A DNA stretch of 64,000 nucleotides, taken from assembly GCA_030265395.1 (NCBI GenBank), contig JARFYF010000074.1:96206756-96270755 (forward strand), in the 5' to 3' direction. Shown piece by piece: positions 25,455 through 38,915 of the stretch. Each line of letters begins with the position of its first letter. The stretch's first letter is position 1. Below the pieces are notes generated by a model that was given only the letters and a program-made list of their open reading frames with translations, was not told the origin of the DNA and ran no database searches. Origin of the DNA: Rhina ancylostomus (Eukaryota). The translations under genes were made by a program, and so were the position numbers.

Positions 25455-25965
25455 TTTATAGTTATAGAGCTGTACAGCATAAGAACAAGCTTCTCAGCCC
25501 ACCACACCCATGCCAACCTTTTCGCCTATCCATCTAATCCTATTTGCCTCCCTTAGATCTTTATCCTTCTATGCATTGCATATGCAAGTGCCTGTCTAAA
25601 TGCATCATAAATGTAGTGATTGTGTCTGATTGCACCACCACCACCTCTGGCAGCAGACATCAACCGTCTGAGTTTTAAAAAAGAACTTTCCCCTCAGATT
25701 CACGTGAAAAGTCCTTCTTCTCCCCCAAATCTCCTGTCATTTTGTTTTTGATGCCACTACAATGGGGAAAACAAGTTATGATTATCTACCCAATCTATGC
25801 CTCTGAATTTTGTACAACTCTCTTGGGTCACTCCTCAGCTCCCTTTGTCCCAGGGAAAACTCGCCTAGGGTCTAGAGTCTGGGGGGGGGGGGNNNNNNNN
25901 NNNNNNNNNNNNNNNNTCCTCTAATCCAGGTAACATCCTGATGAAACTCCTCTCTATTTTCTCTA
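25455..25965 (-). mobile_element. CR1-type LINE 3' fragment
   Basis: Reverse CR1 tail 'atagagctgtacagcataagaacaagc..cagccc' and C-terminal ORF2 remnants. Confidence 0.7.
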
Positions 25966-26773
25966 CAAACCTGCTACTTATATGACTTGAATAATTCTTG
26001 ATGACGTTCTTCCAAGTTCAAATCAAATTAATATAATGTGAAATAATAGTGTACTCAGCATAAACAAAAAGTTTATGTGTGATGCAAAGCTGAATGACAA
26101 TGTAAGTTGTGAGGAGAATGCAGAGAAGTATCAGGGAGATATGGACAGGTTATGTTCGTTGGCAAGAAATTGGAAGATTGATTGTCACGTGATAAAAATG
26201 TGAAATCATTCACTTTGGTAAACAAATAGAAAGGCAGATTTTTTTTAAATGGTGGGAAATTTAAAACTTGAGGTACTGCATGAAAATTAACACCCCATGT
26301 AGAGAAACAGTTCTTGTTGCAGGTTGGAGACAGTAAGAGTGGCATTTACAGATACTGATTTGCCACTGCATTTCCACTAAAATAAAACCAAAATTCTGTG
26401 GATATGAGAAATATGAATTAAAAGAGTGCTGAAAAGTTCCCAATGAGCCAGGTAGTACTATAGAGAGAACATATTTAGACAGGCTGTAGAAATTGCCTCC
26501 ATTTTCAATTTTTAATACTATTTCCAGTTTCATTTATCATACACAATTATTATTGCTTCTCAAATGAAACATAAAGAATAAGGTTTTATTTATTATTACA
26601 GTCACTTTTTAGTCCTTCAGTGTAACATTAATATTGGACTAAATTGTTTTCCAGCACTTTTACGTCAGCCAGTGCTAAACTACTGGTAAGACCAGTCTAC
26701 TGATACTCATATTTCTACAGACCAAGATAAACCATTGAGTTGCTAGTAAAAGTGTTCTCAATGCTATAAATAA

Positions 26774-26959
<186 letters not shown>

Positions 26960-27929
26960 TAGCATTTTTCAGTTCATAAAATAAGATTTTTAGAGCAGTT
27001 TGGCCATCGAGGATTAATTAAATTACTTGTGCAATCCATCTGGAGAAACTGTTAGGCTTACTTTTAGGGCTTGGTTTATTTGGCAATAACTACTTTTATA
27101 ATTTGCTGATGATAGCAATTGGAGAATTAGCTCCTTTTGATCATCATAAACATAGCATTGCCCCAGCTCCTCTGCATAAATTTGCTGTTTGTTTTGTACT
27201 AAATTATATAGACCAGAAGAAAGTACTTTTGATTCTCAACATGTGTAGATTCAGCCAGAGATGGCTATAGATTTCTGCTCTTGCATCACTCCAACAGAAC
27301 TTGCACTCATACTCTGTTTTCTGTGCTTAAATTCAAATTTGACAGTTTAATACATGGCTTTGTTCTCCTGCTTTCATATGTAAATATATTAAGGTCAGTT
27401 GTTTCAAAGTAATAAAACATGCTTTTTAGTGGGTTCCAAAAACAACTAAAAGGTTTTAGTGTTGAGTTCCAAAAACTGTCACATGTATTGTCATAATGTT
27501 GATTTAATATGCAATATTTTCTCCTCTTTTGCAGAGTATGCCTCTTGTTAGTATCCAGTTAGATTGGCGTGACTTGTTTCTAACCTATGTACCCATTGTT
27601 CTCGTGTAAACTTGAACAGTGACTGGCGAATTGCATTTAGGAAGGATATGCAGCAGAAGGAGTGCAGTGCATTTCCAGAGTTCCAAGTCATGTGAGCAGA
27701 GATTCCATAAAATGGGGTTTTATCCCTTGTCATATGGAATATTAGGGATGATTGAAATTTTAGGATATTGAAAGGGGAGACAGAAACTTTTTTTGCTGTT
27801 GGAAGTGGAGTATAGGACAAGGGAACGTGATTTGAAAATTAAAGCTATGCCATTTGAACAATATTAGCAATCAAGTATTGACTTGAAGGATACCAAGAAT
27901 ATGAAGGGACAGGATTAGGGTTATGAAGT

Positions 27930-29480
27930 CATTATAGCAGAGAAGAAGAACATTCAGCCCATGGATTCTACAGATCCAGTAATCCATTTGCTCCCTCATT
28001 CTCACCCTGTAATCATTGATCAAATCTGCTTTCACTACCCTCATAGACAGCAAGTTCTAGGCCATTTCTGTTCATCTTTCTTGCTTCCTCCCCTGTAACT
28101 ATTACTTAAAACCTAAATCTGTGTTTCCCTTGTCTTTGTGCCATCAGATAATGGGAACAGTTTTTCTCTGTTCATTTTACCTGAACCTGTCATAATCTGA
28201 ACACCTCTGTAAAAAGTTTCCTCAATCTCCTTTGCACAAAGAAAGAACTCGAGGTTTTCCAACCTAACCTTGTAGCTAAACTACCTCATCCCTGGAATGA
28301 TTCTGATAAAAATTTCCTGCATCCTCTCAAGAACCCTCAGTCCTTTTCCAAAGTGTAGTAACCAGAAATGGACACACTGCTCTTGGTTGTGACCTAACTG
28401 GAGTTTTATACAGGTTCAATATATCCTCTCATTTTGTGTTCAACTTCTATGCTTCTGAAACCCAAGGGCACATATACTTTACCAATTACTCTCAATACGT
28501 CCCGTCACCTTCGAAAACCTATGGACATAAGAGTCATTGAGGGATGCAGTACAGAAATAGGCCCTTCAGCCCAGCGAGTTCATGCTGACTATCAACCACC
28601 CATTTACACTAATCCTACATTAATCCTATTTTTTTTAAATTCTAGAGTCATAGATTCATACACCACAGAAACAGGCCCTTCAGCTCAATCAAGATGCCCA
28701 TCTAAGCTAGTCCCATTTGGCCCATGTCCCTTTAAACCTTTGCTATCCATGTACCTGTACAAGTACCTCTTAAATGTTGCTAATGTACCTGCTTCCGCCA
28801 CTTCCTCTGGCAGGTCATTCCATATACAAAGTCTTTTGGGTGGAAAAGGTTACCCTATTAAATCTCTCCCCTTTTACTTTAAACCTATGCCTGCTAGTTC
28901 TTGATTCCCCAACCCTAAGAAAAAGATGGTGTGCATTCACCCTGTCTATGCCCCTCATGATTTTATACGCCTCTCTAAGATTATCCCTCAGTCTCCTAAT
29001 GAATAGAGTCCTAACCTGCTCAGCCTCTCTACCTCAGTCTCTTGAGTGCTGGCAACATCCTCGTAAATCTTATCTGCACTCTTTCTATCTTTTCTATAGC
29101 AATGTATTCTCTCCACATTTTCATCATCTCCACCTAGATTTTGCCACCCTTCTGCAAATTCGGGACAATTTGCAGTGGCCACTTAACCTACTAACTTGCA
29201 TGCCTTTGGAAAGTGGGAGGAAACTGGAGCATCTGGAGGAAACCCACACTGTCATGAGGGAATATGCAAATCCCATGCAGAAAACACTTGAGGTAGTGAT
29301 TGAACCAGGGTCTCTGGCACTGTGAGGTATCAGCTCCACTAGCTACACCACTGTGCTGCCCATGAACCCTCAGTTGCTCTGCACCTGTGCTCTTTTGAAC
29401 TATGCCTTGTGTCTATATTGTCACTTTCTATTCCATCCATCAAAATGCAAAACTTGTACTTCTCTGTCTGTCTGAAGTTT
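27930..29480 (-). mobile_element. Nested cluster: old CR1, HE1-like SINE (28528-29361) and a younger CR1 fragment (~28644-29090)
   Basis: The SINE head (29361-29100) and tail (28640-28528) are separated by a CR1 3' fragment; flanks are older CR1 sequence. Confidence 0.7.
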
Positions 29481-29789
29481 CTTTTACTTTTTCCTATAAG
29501 ACTTGGGCTGAATGGCTCATTTCTGTTGGAGTGCCATGGAACTGTACCCCAGTCTGGTGTATTTTCAGGAGAAAGAAGCTGGATGGAAACTAAATATATT
29601 TAAGAAAATTTTGTTGTTTTAGTAAATGAGATATCAATTTGTTATATTGTGATGTAATGAAGCTAAGGATACAATAGTTTCCATCTCTGCTTCCTGGCAG
29701 TATGCCTCCTAAATGATTTGAGGAAGGGAAGTTATGAACTTGGCAACAGTTATTTAATAGGAAATGTACACGGGCATGAACTGACCCTA

Positions 29790-30030
29790 TTATGTGTGCC
29801 TTGGCTTAGTGCCAGCACTCTCACTTATAAATTAGAAGTTTGTGTGTCCAAGACACACAATACTGACTTGAACATAATTTCCAGTGCAGTACTGAGGGAT
29901 TGCTGCATTGTTGGAAGTGCCACCTTTCTGATGATGCAATAAATCCAGATGCCATCAGTTGAGATAGACAGAAAAGGTACCGTGACACTAAGTGTTGAAA
30001 AACAAGGGAATACTTGTAACGTCCAAGCTG
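29790..30030 (+). mobile_element. DeuSINE-like (SacSINE1/AmnSINE-type) relic
   Basis: Deu-domain-like 'ccagtgcagtactgagggattgctgcattgttggaagtgccacctttctgatgatgcaataaa' preceded by a degraded tRNA-like head. Confidence 0.6.
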
Positions 30031-30849
30031 ACTTCTATTTTTCAATGTATACTAAGGATAACAAACTCTCCACACCTCCAACTGAGAAGGCCTGGGCAGC
30101 TCTTCACTTCTTAGTTGAACACAGGTCCAATTAATACTCTACCACAGATCTCCACCTGGCTGAATATTCTTGCATTGAAAGCTTTCAGTTTTAACTCCAG
30201 TCACCTTCTCCACATAAAAAAAGTTGCTATTGGAATCCATATGGGTCTGTTTAATTGTGGGATATGTGAATATTCTTTGTTCCAATCAATGCTTGGTCTC
30301 CTCCTTTGCCTCTTTTCCTTTGCCTTAATCATTTGACGCATTTACAACCAATTTCCAGACTGCTTTCACCTTCACTTGATCCTTTTATGACTCTTGCCTT
30401 TCTTGTATTGATGAGAAATGAATACACACCGAACTAATAAACATCTTTGTCCNNNNNNNNNNNNNNNNNNNNNNNNNNNNNNNNNNNNNNNNNNNNNNNN
30501 NNNNNNNNNNNNNNNNNNNNNNNNNNNNNNNNNNNNNNNNNNNNNNNNNNNNGTTTCTGACACAATATCTTCTCCATCATCCACCTTTGCTCTGCTTCAG
30601 TTCAACTGCTGCTGAAAATCTTATGCACATTTTTGATTTCTCACACTTGACTAGTTTATAATGTCTTGGATGTTTCCCACAATGCACCATGAGTAAAATT
30701 GAACAGGTTCCCAGACTAATAACACCTTGGGACAGAAATTTGTACTCTTGCGTATACACGGAAGATGTGACAGAGAAGTGTTTGCATTTTGAACTCCAAT
30801 TCTGAAATACCATTGAATTACTTTTGTAAACTGTTGTTCTTCATACATA

Positions 30850-31470
30850 AATTGGTAAATTGGTTTATTATTGTCACACGTACCGACATACAGTGAAGAA
30901 TTTGTCTTGCATACTGTTCATACAGATCAATTCATTACACAGTGCATTGATACTTGTTTTCAGGCTTTTGTGTCTTCTGCCTGAAGGGAGAGGGAAGAAG
31001 AGAGAATGTTCGGGGTGGGTGGGATCTTTGATTGTACTGGCTGCTTTACCAAGGCAGTGAGAAGTGTAGACAGAGTCCACAGAGGGGAGGCTGGTTGCCA
31101 TGATGTCCTGGGCTGTGTCCACAACTCTCTGCAGTTTCTTGTGGTCATGGGCAGAGCAGTTGTCATACCAAGCTGTGATGCATCCGGATAGGATGCTTTC
31201 TGTGGTACATCAATAAAAATTGGTGAGGGTCAAAGGGGACATGCCAAATTTCTTTAAGCTTCTGAGGAAATAGAGGCACTGTGGAGCCTTCTTGGCTGTG
31301 GCATCTACTGGTTGGACCAGAACAAGCTATTATTGATGTTCACTTTTTGAAGCTTTCAACCCTTTCAACCTCAGCACTGTTGATGTAAGCAAGAGCATGT
31401 GTACTGCGCCCCCTCCTCCCTTTCCTGAAGTCAAATGGCCAGCTCTTTTGTTTTGCTGACATTGAGGGAA
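30850..31470 (-). mobile_element. Rex1/Babar-type LINE 3' fragment
   Basis: 'LPSVDSVYTSHCLGKAASTIKDPTHPEHSLFFPLPSGRR' C-terminal motif and tail ending gtgacaataataaacc. Confidence 0.78.
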
Positions 31471-32052
31471 AAGTATCTCACTGTGTTGTGTGTTTAGCAA
31501 AAGCAATTAAGGTTCATCCTTATTTTCCCTTTCCCTGCTTCTGGAACCATTTGTTTAGCTTTGACTTCCTCCATGTTCCCAGTTTCCTTATCTCGTTACG
31601 TTTGCTTCTGATGATGCTACCTTTCATGTCAATGCTTCCAAGATGTCTTCCTTTTTGTTTCAATCACAGTTTCCCTCTATGATATTCAGGGCCCTCAATC
31701 ATATTTCTCATTTCCTGTACCATCTCCAGCCTATGTCATTTCTGTATCTTACTGCTTGTTTATTTATAATGATTCCCAGTTCTGATGGAAGCTCATTGAA
31801 CTAAAATGCAAATCCTGTTTGTCTTCATAGATGCTGACAGTTCTCCTGAGTATTTCCAGCACTTTTTGTTATTTTAGTCCCAAAAATAATGATCTACTCA
31901 GTTATCTAATTGTTTTTTTAGCTTTTGTTGTATGCATTTTGTCTGTGTTTGCCTGTATTACAACTGTAACTGCATTCCAAAAGCAGCACCATGTGAATGC
32001 AAAACATTATTTTCTGTGATGCTTTAAAATTTTAACTGGTTCTACTTTTCAG

Positions 32053-32158
32053 ATTTCACTTAATGTAGCAGGGAAAGTAGGTAGTCTGGGATCATGGGAT
32101 GGATCTCTGGATCTGCCTGAACAAACATTAATTCAAGAAGATTGCCAAAAGCTCATAG
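32053..32158 (+). CDS. TBC1D23: TBC1D23 exon 3 (ISLNVAGKVGSLGSWDGSLDLPEQTLIQEDCQKLI)
   Basis: Canonical AG/GT, phase 0 to 1, recognisable TBC1D23 sequence. Confidence 0.95.
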
Positions 32159-33004
32159 GTAATGAAGTAACTTCTGTGAAGTGTGGAATGTTCATCTGTG
32201 TTCAGGTTATTGCTTACAATAATTGCTGCCAGGGATGGTATTCTAGCAGGATGGAGAGGGGAAAGTTGAGGTTTGTGATGCAGGATGCCATCAAAGCTGA
32301 AAAGAATAAAATTAACTAAATAAATTATGATTGGTTATGCTAAATGAGTTAAACTAAAGGATATAGGAGAAATAGAAGTATACAGCACAAGGCTCATTCA
32401 GAGCCTATACATGTGATTGAAAGTTCTGAATTTCATTCCTGTACTCTTTCCTAAATCTCTTCATTTTTTTTTCTTAATTTTGTGAATGCTTAAACCATTG
32501 CCTTCATATCCTGCAATACATTCCATTTCCTTGCCACTGTTTTTAATCTCACTCCCTGACGATAATTGTCTAAAATTAAATCAGGTAACTTCACCCACCT
32601 TATTCATGTCCTTTTGAAGCTCTGTGCATTTGTTTTGACAAAACCTAACCATTTCAATCTATTTCTTCACTGCCTTCCTGCTTTCTAGTGTTTGTAAGCA
32701 AGATCATCCAAAACTCATGTCAATATCCTAACTTGCAGCAAATCCTATTCATCTGCTGTCCATGTAATTGGTGACTTGCTCAATCTTTTAAATTTTCACC
32801 CTTGTTTTCAAATCTTTCCATNNNNNNNNNNNNNNNNNNNNNNNNNNNNNNNNNNNNNNNNNNNNNNNNNNNNNNTCTCAGCATTCCAGTTAAGGCCTCT
32901 TGATCATTCCCAGATTTAATTTCTCCCTCATTTGTCAAGTGCGTTTGGTTGCCAAAACCTTGGCTTTGGATTCCCTAAACCTCTACATTTTTTAAGATGA
33001 TCAA

Positions 33005-33215
33005 TATGCTGAAAATCTGAAATAAAAAAAAAACAGACAATGCTGGAATTACTTAAGAGCCTTTGGAATATTTATGCAGAGAGAAACAGTTTCTGTTTCA
33101 GATCGATGTCCTTTCATCAGAACTGCATTCAACTTGAAATATTAATTCTGCTTTTCTTTCAACAGCCGTTACCTTACCTGCAGTGTACTTCCAGCATTTT
33201 CTGTTTTATCTTTGA
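33005..33215. mobile_element. Short palindromic Penelope-derived element with a hammerhead-like core (33087-33125, - strand)
   Basis: Inverted arms; minus strand CAGTT-CTGATGA-..-GAAA-CAGA-AACTG (cleavage triplet degenerate). Confidence 0.55.
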
Positions 33216-34039
33216 CCAAAATTTTGTTAATTTGTCCTACTATCTCTCAATGTGATGTAAAGTTAATTTTTTTGATAGTGTTCATATGAAGATCCTTGAT
33301 GTTTTATTACTTAGAGGCTACATAAAAGTTTTTATTGTATTTAGGTAGTTGTATAACTGATGCATAAATTTTATTCAGAGTGTATTTCCTGTCTTCCATA
33401 AACCTTGCTCTTTCATTCACTGAAGATCCTATTTTCTGATCATGAATGCTATATTTCTTGAGCACGTAGTAGAAATCATTACAGGAAGTAGAGAAACACA
33501 AGTGATTTGTATCTAACAGCATTACCAAAATATGTCACCTAGATTTGCCATTAGTCAGATCATGCACATGTTTGTTGTACTGTTGGAAATGCAAGTTTGC
33601 AACACAAATACATCACTGCATTTGTGTTGCCATACAGCTTGTTTAGCATCCAGTCCTAAATGAGTTGTATTTGGCTCATTCCACTAGTGTTTCAATTTGA
33701 AAATTTTCCATTCAATTCTGTACATACCCATCCCTGCAATTTTCTCATAATTCTGCAATCCTTCAGCTTTTGCCTTTTTTCATTTCACTACTGTGATTAA
33801 AGCTTCAGCCACCCAAGAGTTGAAAATCTCTTAACCTCTTGTGTTTTCCAGTTTTAAAGGTTCCTTAACAATGACTTTGACTGCTTCTTTGTCCCAAGAT
33901 GTTTTTTCTTGCTTTGGTGTCAATTTCTGTCTGATTACATCCCTGTGAAGTGCTTTGAGGCAATAGGTGCATTTTTTGTAACGTACTAATTGTTGAAGAC
34001 TTGCTGGAAACTTCTTTAGTGGTTCATTTACAGATATCA

Positions 34040-34400
34040 AGGGAGTAGGTTTATTGAGATCAACAAAACATTTTCCAGGGCTTGGTACAGAAGATGTTTT
34101 TCCTGACTGGGGTATCTAGAACCAGGGGTCCCAGTGGTGTTGACCACTCAGGATATAGATGAGAAGACGTTTCTTCACTCTTTAGGTTATGAGTATTTGA
34201 ATTGCTTTACCCAAACAGGACTATAAAGGTCCAGGACTATAGGTTTATGGTGGAGATCCATAGATTTTAGGATGTTAATGGAATCAACAGTTATGGATTA
34301 GTGGAGGAATGGTGCTGAGGTAAAAGATCAGACATGATCTTATTGAATAATAGAACAAGTGCAAGAGGCCAAATGGCATACTCGGATCCTTTCTTATAAA
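34040..34400 (+). mobile_element. Degenerate CR1 3' fragment
   Basis: 'gtatctagaaccagggg..gagaagacgtttcttcactc..gatcagacatgatcttattgaat'. Confidence 0.6.
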
Positions 34401-35098
34401 GGTGCTATCATTGGTATCAACAAACTGAATTAGTGGTGGGAAATCATTTTAAGTTCTTGTTCCCGCTTTGTGTCTCATAAGTTGGTGGATATTGCATGGG
34501 GATGCATGGTAAAATGCCCTAAGGCACTTCATAGTATTATAAAGCAAAATTTCTCTTAGTTACCTAGGAAGATATTAGCACAAGAAGGCATAGTTCTAAG
34601 AGCACACTTAAATAGGAGGTAGGGCACAGGAATTCCTGAGTCTAGGGATTAAACAGCGGAGCCGTTTTTTTTTAAAATCAAATGAATGACTTGTTGAAAC
34701 TCACGGCTACCTTCTTAAATTAATAAAACAAAATTACATTAAGTGCCTGCAAGAAATCTATTTTAGGATTAAAACAATAGATAGCATGTAATGAATAAAG
34801 AAAAAGATCAAGTGATGTAAACGTGACTGAGATTTGTGCCTCGATGTGTTTTAACAAGAAAAAATTATCAGCATTAATATCAATGCAGACACATCTTTCT
34901 CTTGCACTTTCAGCTCTGATACAACATTTCAGCATACAATGCAGGATTATTAAAGGAATCTTCATATGAGCAGTTCCCATCCTGTTAGATCCATCAATTC
35001 TGGCTCCATTTTTTTTAAAGTAGTTTTAAATGTTTTTTTTAAGGAATAGATATTTACCCAATATTTAAGTTTCAGAAACCTAGCACAATGATGTCTAA

Positions 35099-35346
<248 letters not shown>

Positions 35347-35424
35347 GTAAGGAAACAGGGATGTTGTCTGAATTAAATTCCATTTTTTATGGTTAATGGA
35401 TCTCTCCTTTCTCTAAAAGCAATA

Positions 35425-36010
35425 AACTGCAGGTTTTGGAAATCTGAAATAAAAACAAGAGGCTCAAAATATTCAGCAGGTCACACAGATCTGCTGAATA
35501 TTTCAAGCATCTTTGGAAACAGAAACAGAGTTAATATTTCAGGTAAATAACCTTTCATCAGAACTAAGAAAAGTTGTAAATCAAATATTTGGGCATTTGG
35601 TGGGTATGTGGCTGAGAGACAAGAATGGTGATCAGAAAAATTCAGCAGGTCAGGCAGCATCTGTGCAGACAGAAATGGAGATAATGTGACAAGTTGATTT
35701 CCTTTTATCAAAACTGTCCAGTTTTGATACAAATTGAAAGGCTGATTATCTGAAATTGTTGATTTCAATATTGAGTCCTGAGCTCGGTAAAATGCTTAGT
35801 TGGAATATTGAGCTCCTGTAGGGCTTTGCAGATCAATGTCAGAGACCAAAGACAGAACAAGATGTAAAATTAAAGTTATAGGCAACTGTAGGCTTAGTCA
35901 CCCATACAGACTCAAATGGAGATGTTCTGCAAAACCAATCTGCATTTGATATCTCCAGTCCAGAAGAGACCACATTGTAAGGACTGAATGGAATATACTA
36001 AATTGGAAGG
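35425..36010 (-). mobile_element. Decayed Penelope-like element 3' end with tandem terminal repeats
   Basis: Minus strand ~36007-35950 reads SNLVYSIQSLQCGLFWTGD (GIY-YIG-like); repeats at 35427-35570 and 35635-35725. Confidence 0.7.
35529..35565 (-). ncRNA. Minimal type I hammerhead-ribozyme motif (best-preserved copy)
   Basis: AGTT-CTGATGA-A-AGGT-TATTT-ACCT-GAAA-TAT-T-AACT: intact CUGAUGA and GAAA, helix I AGTT/AACT, helix II AGGT/ACCT, palindromic helix III AATATT. Confidence 0.65.
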
Positions 36011-36019
36011 ACAGAAGAG

Positions 36020-36705
36020 ACAACCCATGAAATTATAGGATGGTGAGTCTTAATTCAGTGGTAGGGAAATTACTAGTAAAGATTCTTAGGGATAGGATTT
36101 ACTTGCATCTGGAAAAGCATAGATATATTAGGGATAGTTAGCATGGCTTTGTGCAGAGGAGGACATGTCTTGCAAACATGATTTTTTTTTGAGGAGGTGA
36201 CTGTGTTCAGTTCTGGTCACCCCATTTATAGGAAGGATGTGCAGGCTTCGGACAGAGTGCAGAAAAGGTTCACCAGGATGTTGCTTGCATTAGAGAGTAT
36301 TGTCTATAAGGCGTGGTTGGACAAACTTGGCTTGTTTTTCTCTGGAGCATCAGTCACTGAGGGGTGACCTGATAGAAGTGTGTAAAATTATGAGAGGCAT
36401 AGATAAGGTGGATCGTCAGTTTTATTTCCAGGGTGGAAACGTCAAATACTCAAGGGCATAGGTGAGAGAGGGAAAGTTTAAAGGAGACTTACAAGGCAAG
36501 TTTTTTTTACACACAGTGTGCTAGGTGCCTGGAACATGCTACCGGGGGAAGTTTGTGAGGCATTTGGCCAGGCACGTGAACAGGCAGGAAATAGAGGGCT
36601 GGAGACCATATGTAGACAGATGGGATTAATTTGGATTGGTGTCATGGTCAATACAGACATTGTGGGCCGAAGGGCCTGTTCCTGTGCTGTACAGTTCTAT
36701 GTTCT
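36020..36705 (+). mobile_element. CR1-type LINE, internally deleted
   Basis: RT N-terminal remnant (gtagggaaattacta..gcatggctttgtg) joined at ~36200 to the C-terminal 'tgtgttcagttctggtcacccc' region and CR1 tail. Confidence 0.8.
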
Positions 36706-36796
36706 AAGTGAATGATTGTTTCAGTTGAAATGAGTATTTGACTCCCTNNNNNNNNNNNNNNNNNNNNNNNNNNNNNNNGAACCACAGTTATAGAGA

Positions 36797-37097
36797 AAGA
36801 AGATAAGATAAGGTATCTTTATTAGTCACGTGGGCATCAAAACACACAGTGAAATGCATCTTTTTGCGTAGTGTGTTCTGGGGGTAGCCTGCAAGTGTCG
36901 CCATGTTTCCAGCGCCAACGTAGCATGCCCACAACTTCCTAACCTGTACGTCTTTGGAATGTGGGAGGAAACCGGAGCACCCAGAGGATACCCACGCAGA
37001 CACGGAGAACATACAAACTCCTTACAGGCAGCGGCCGGAATTGAACCTGGATCGCTGGTGCTGTAAAGCGTTACGCTAACTGCTGCACTACTGTGCC
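36797..37097 (-). mobile_element. tRNA-derived V-SINE-like element, same family as 19089-19385
   Basis: Highly similar to the 19089 copy along its length. Confidence 0.88.
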
Positions 37098-37517
37098 TAA
37101 AGGCACCTCAGAAGCTCTAGTGTGGAAAGTTTCATCAGAACAAATACAACAAAGCTGGAGAAGCTCAGAATTGAGCAGAGTTGGTAGAGGTAGTCAAGAT
37201 AGCTGTGCGATTCATGAACCTATATGCTGAGATCAAGAAAGGAAAGTCAAAGGAGGGATGAACAAAGTCAAAGATGTGGAAGTGAGAGCATGGTGGAAAT
37301 TGTTGGCAGGGGTAATGAGACATTAAAGTTCTGTACAAGTGCTGGAGATGGCACCAATACAGTCATCCATTCCCTCTTACAATGCTAATTATTTTTCTAG
37401 CACTTTAGAGTAGTGTATTATTTTGTTTCGGGTTGAAAGGATCCCATGTTGTACATTCTGAAGTGCCAGCTGGCATGATTAACCATGTGCCGAGTTGCAG
37501 TTTTGATTTGTTTTTGA

Positions 37518-37682
<165 letters not shown>

Positions 37683-37849
37683 TAAAAAAATGTTGTGCTG
37701 CATCACTAATAGCATATCTGGTGTAGTCTATTCCAATTATCTAGGTATCATAATTACTCAAATCCATTGAAGGTGCCTCTCCACAAAAGCTGGTGATTTT
37801 GGTAGAATTCAGTTAATTGAATTGTTTTTTTTCAATCTGGCTTCACAAT

Positions 37850-38915
37850 ATCATAGAATCATAGAAATGTACAGCACAGAAATGGGCCCTTATGGCCCAT
37901 GCACTGTGGTGCCAATCTACACTAATTCCATTTCCCTGCAATGGGACTGTATCTCTCTTTTTCCACCCAATTCCCTGTTCAAGTGCCTTTTGACCATTGT
38001 AATAGTACCAGTCTCCACTACCTTCTTTAGTAGCTCGTTCCAAATATTCACCACCCTTTGTGTGGAAAAACTTACCCCTCAGATATCTCTTAAATGTTTC
38101 ACCTTAAACCTCTGAATTCTAGTTCTAGACTCCTCTCCCCTGGGGAAAAAGATGCCAAGTCTATCCCTTGTATCCTTCTATCTATCTATCTATCCCTCAT
38201 AATTTGGTAAACCTCTATAAGCTCACCTCTCAGCCTCCAACGTTCCAGTGGGATTTAAACCCAGCTTATCCAATCNNNNNNNNNNNNNNNNNNNNNNNNN
38301 NNNNNNNNNNNNNNNNNNNNNNNNNNNNNNNNNNNNNNNNNNNNNNNNNNNNNNNNNNNNNNNNNNNNNNNNNNNTCCAATCTCTTTTGATGACTACAGC
38401 CCTCCATTCCAGGCAGCATCCTGGTGAATGTTTTCTGTACTCTATTGCTACCATATCCTTCCTGTAGCATGGCAACCAGAACTGGACACAACACTCCAAA
38501 TGTAGTCTAATCAATCTTTTGTACAACTGCCATTCGCAACTCTAAAACTCAATGCCTCAGCCTATGAAAGCAAACATACCAAATACTGTTTCACTACCCT
38601 ATCCACCTATGTCACCAATTTCAGGGAACGATGCACTTGCACCCCAAGGTGTCTCTGTACATCAACACTCCTAAGGTGCCTGCCATTTACTCTGTATGTC
38701 CTAATGGAATTTAACCTCCCAAAGTACTTTACCTTGCACTTGTCTGGATTAAATTCCATCTGCACTGCTCTGCTCAACTTTCCAGCTGTTCTGTGTCCCA
38801 CTCTGCATCCGCAATCACGCCTCCTACATTGTCATCCAAGTCATTTATATATAGGTCCCAGCACTGATCACTGCAGTACACCACTTGTTACAGATTTCCA
38901 GTCAGAAACCTCTAT
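37850..38915 (-). mobile_element. CR1-type LINE 3' fragment
   Basis: 'QMEFNPDKCKV..FGR', 'YK.LIRLHLECCVQFW.PCYRKD'. Confidence 0.85.
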
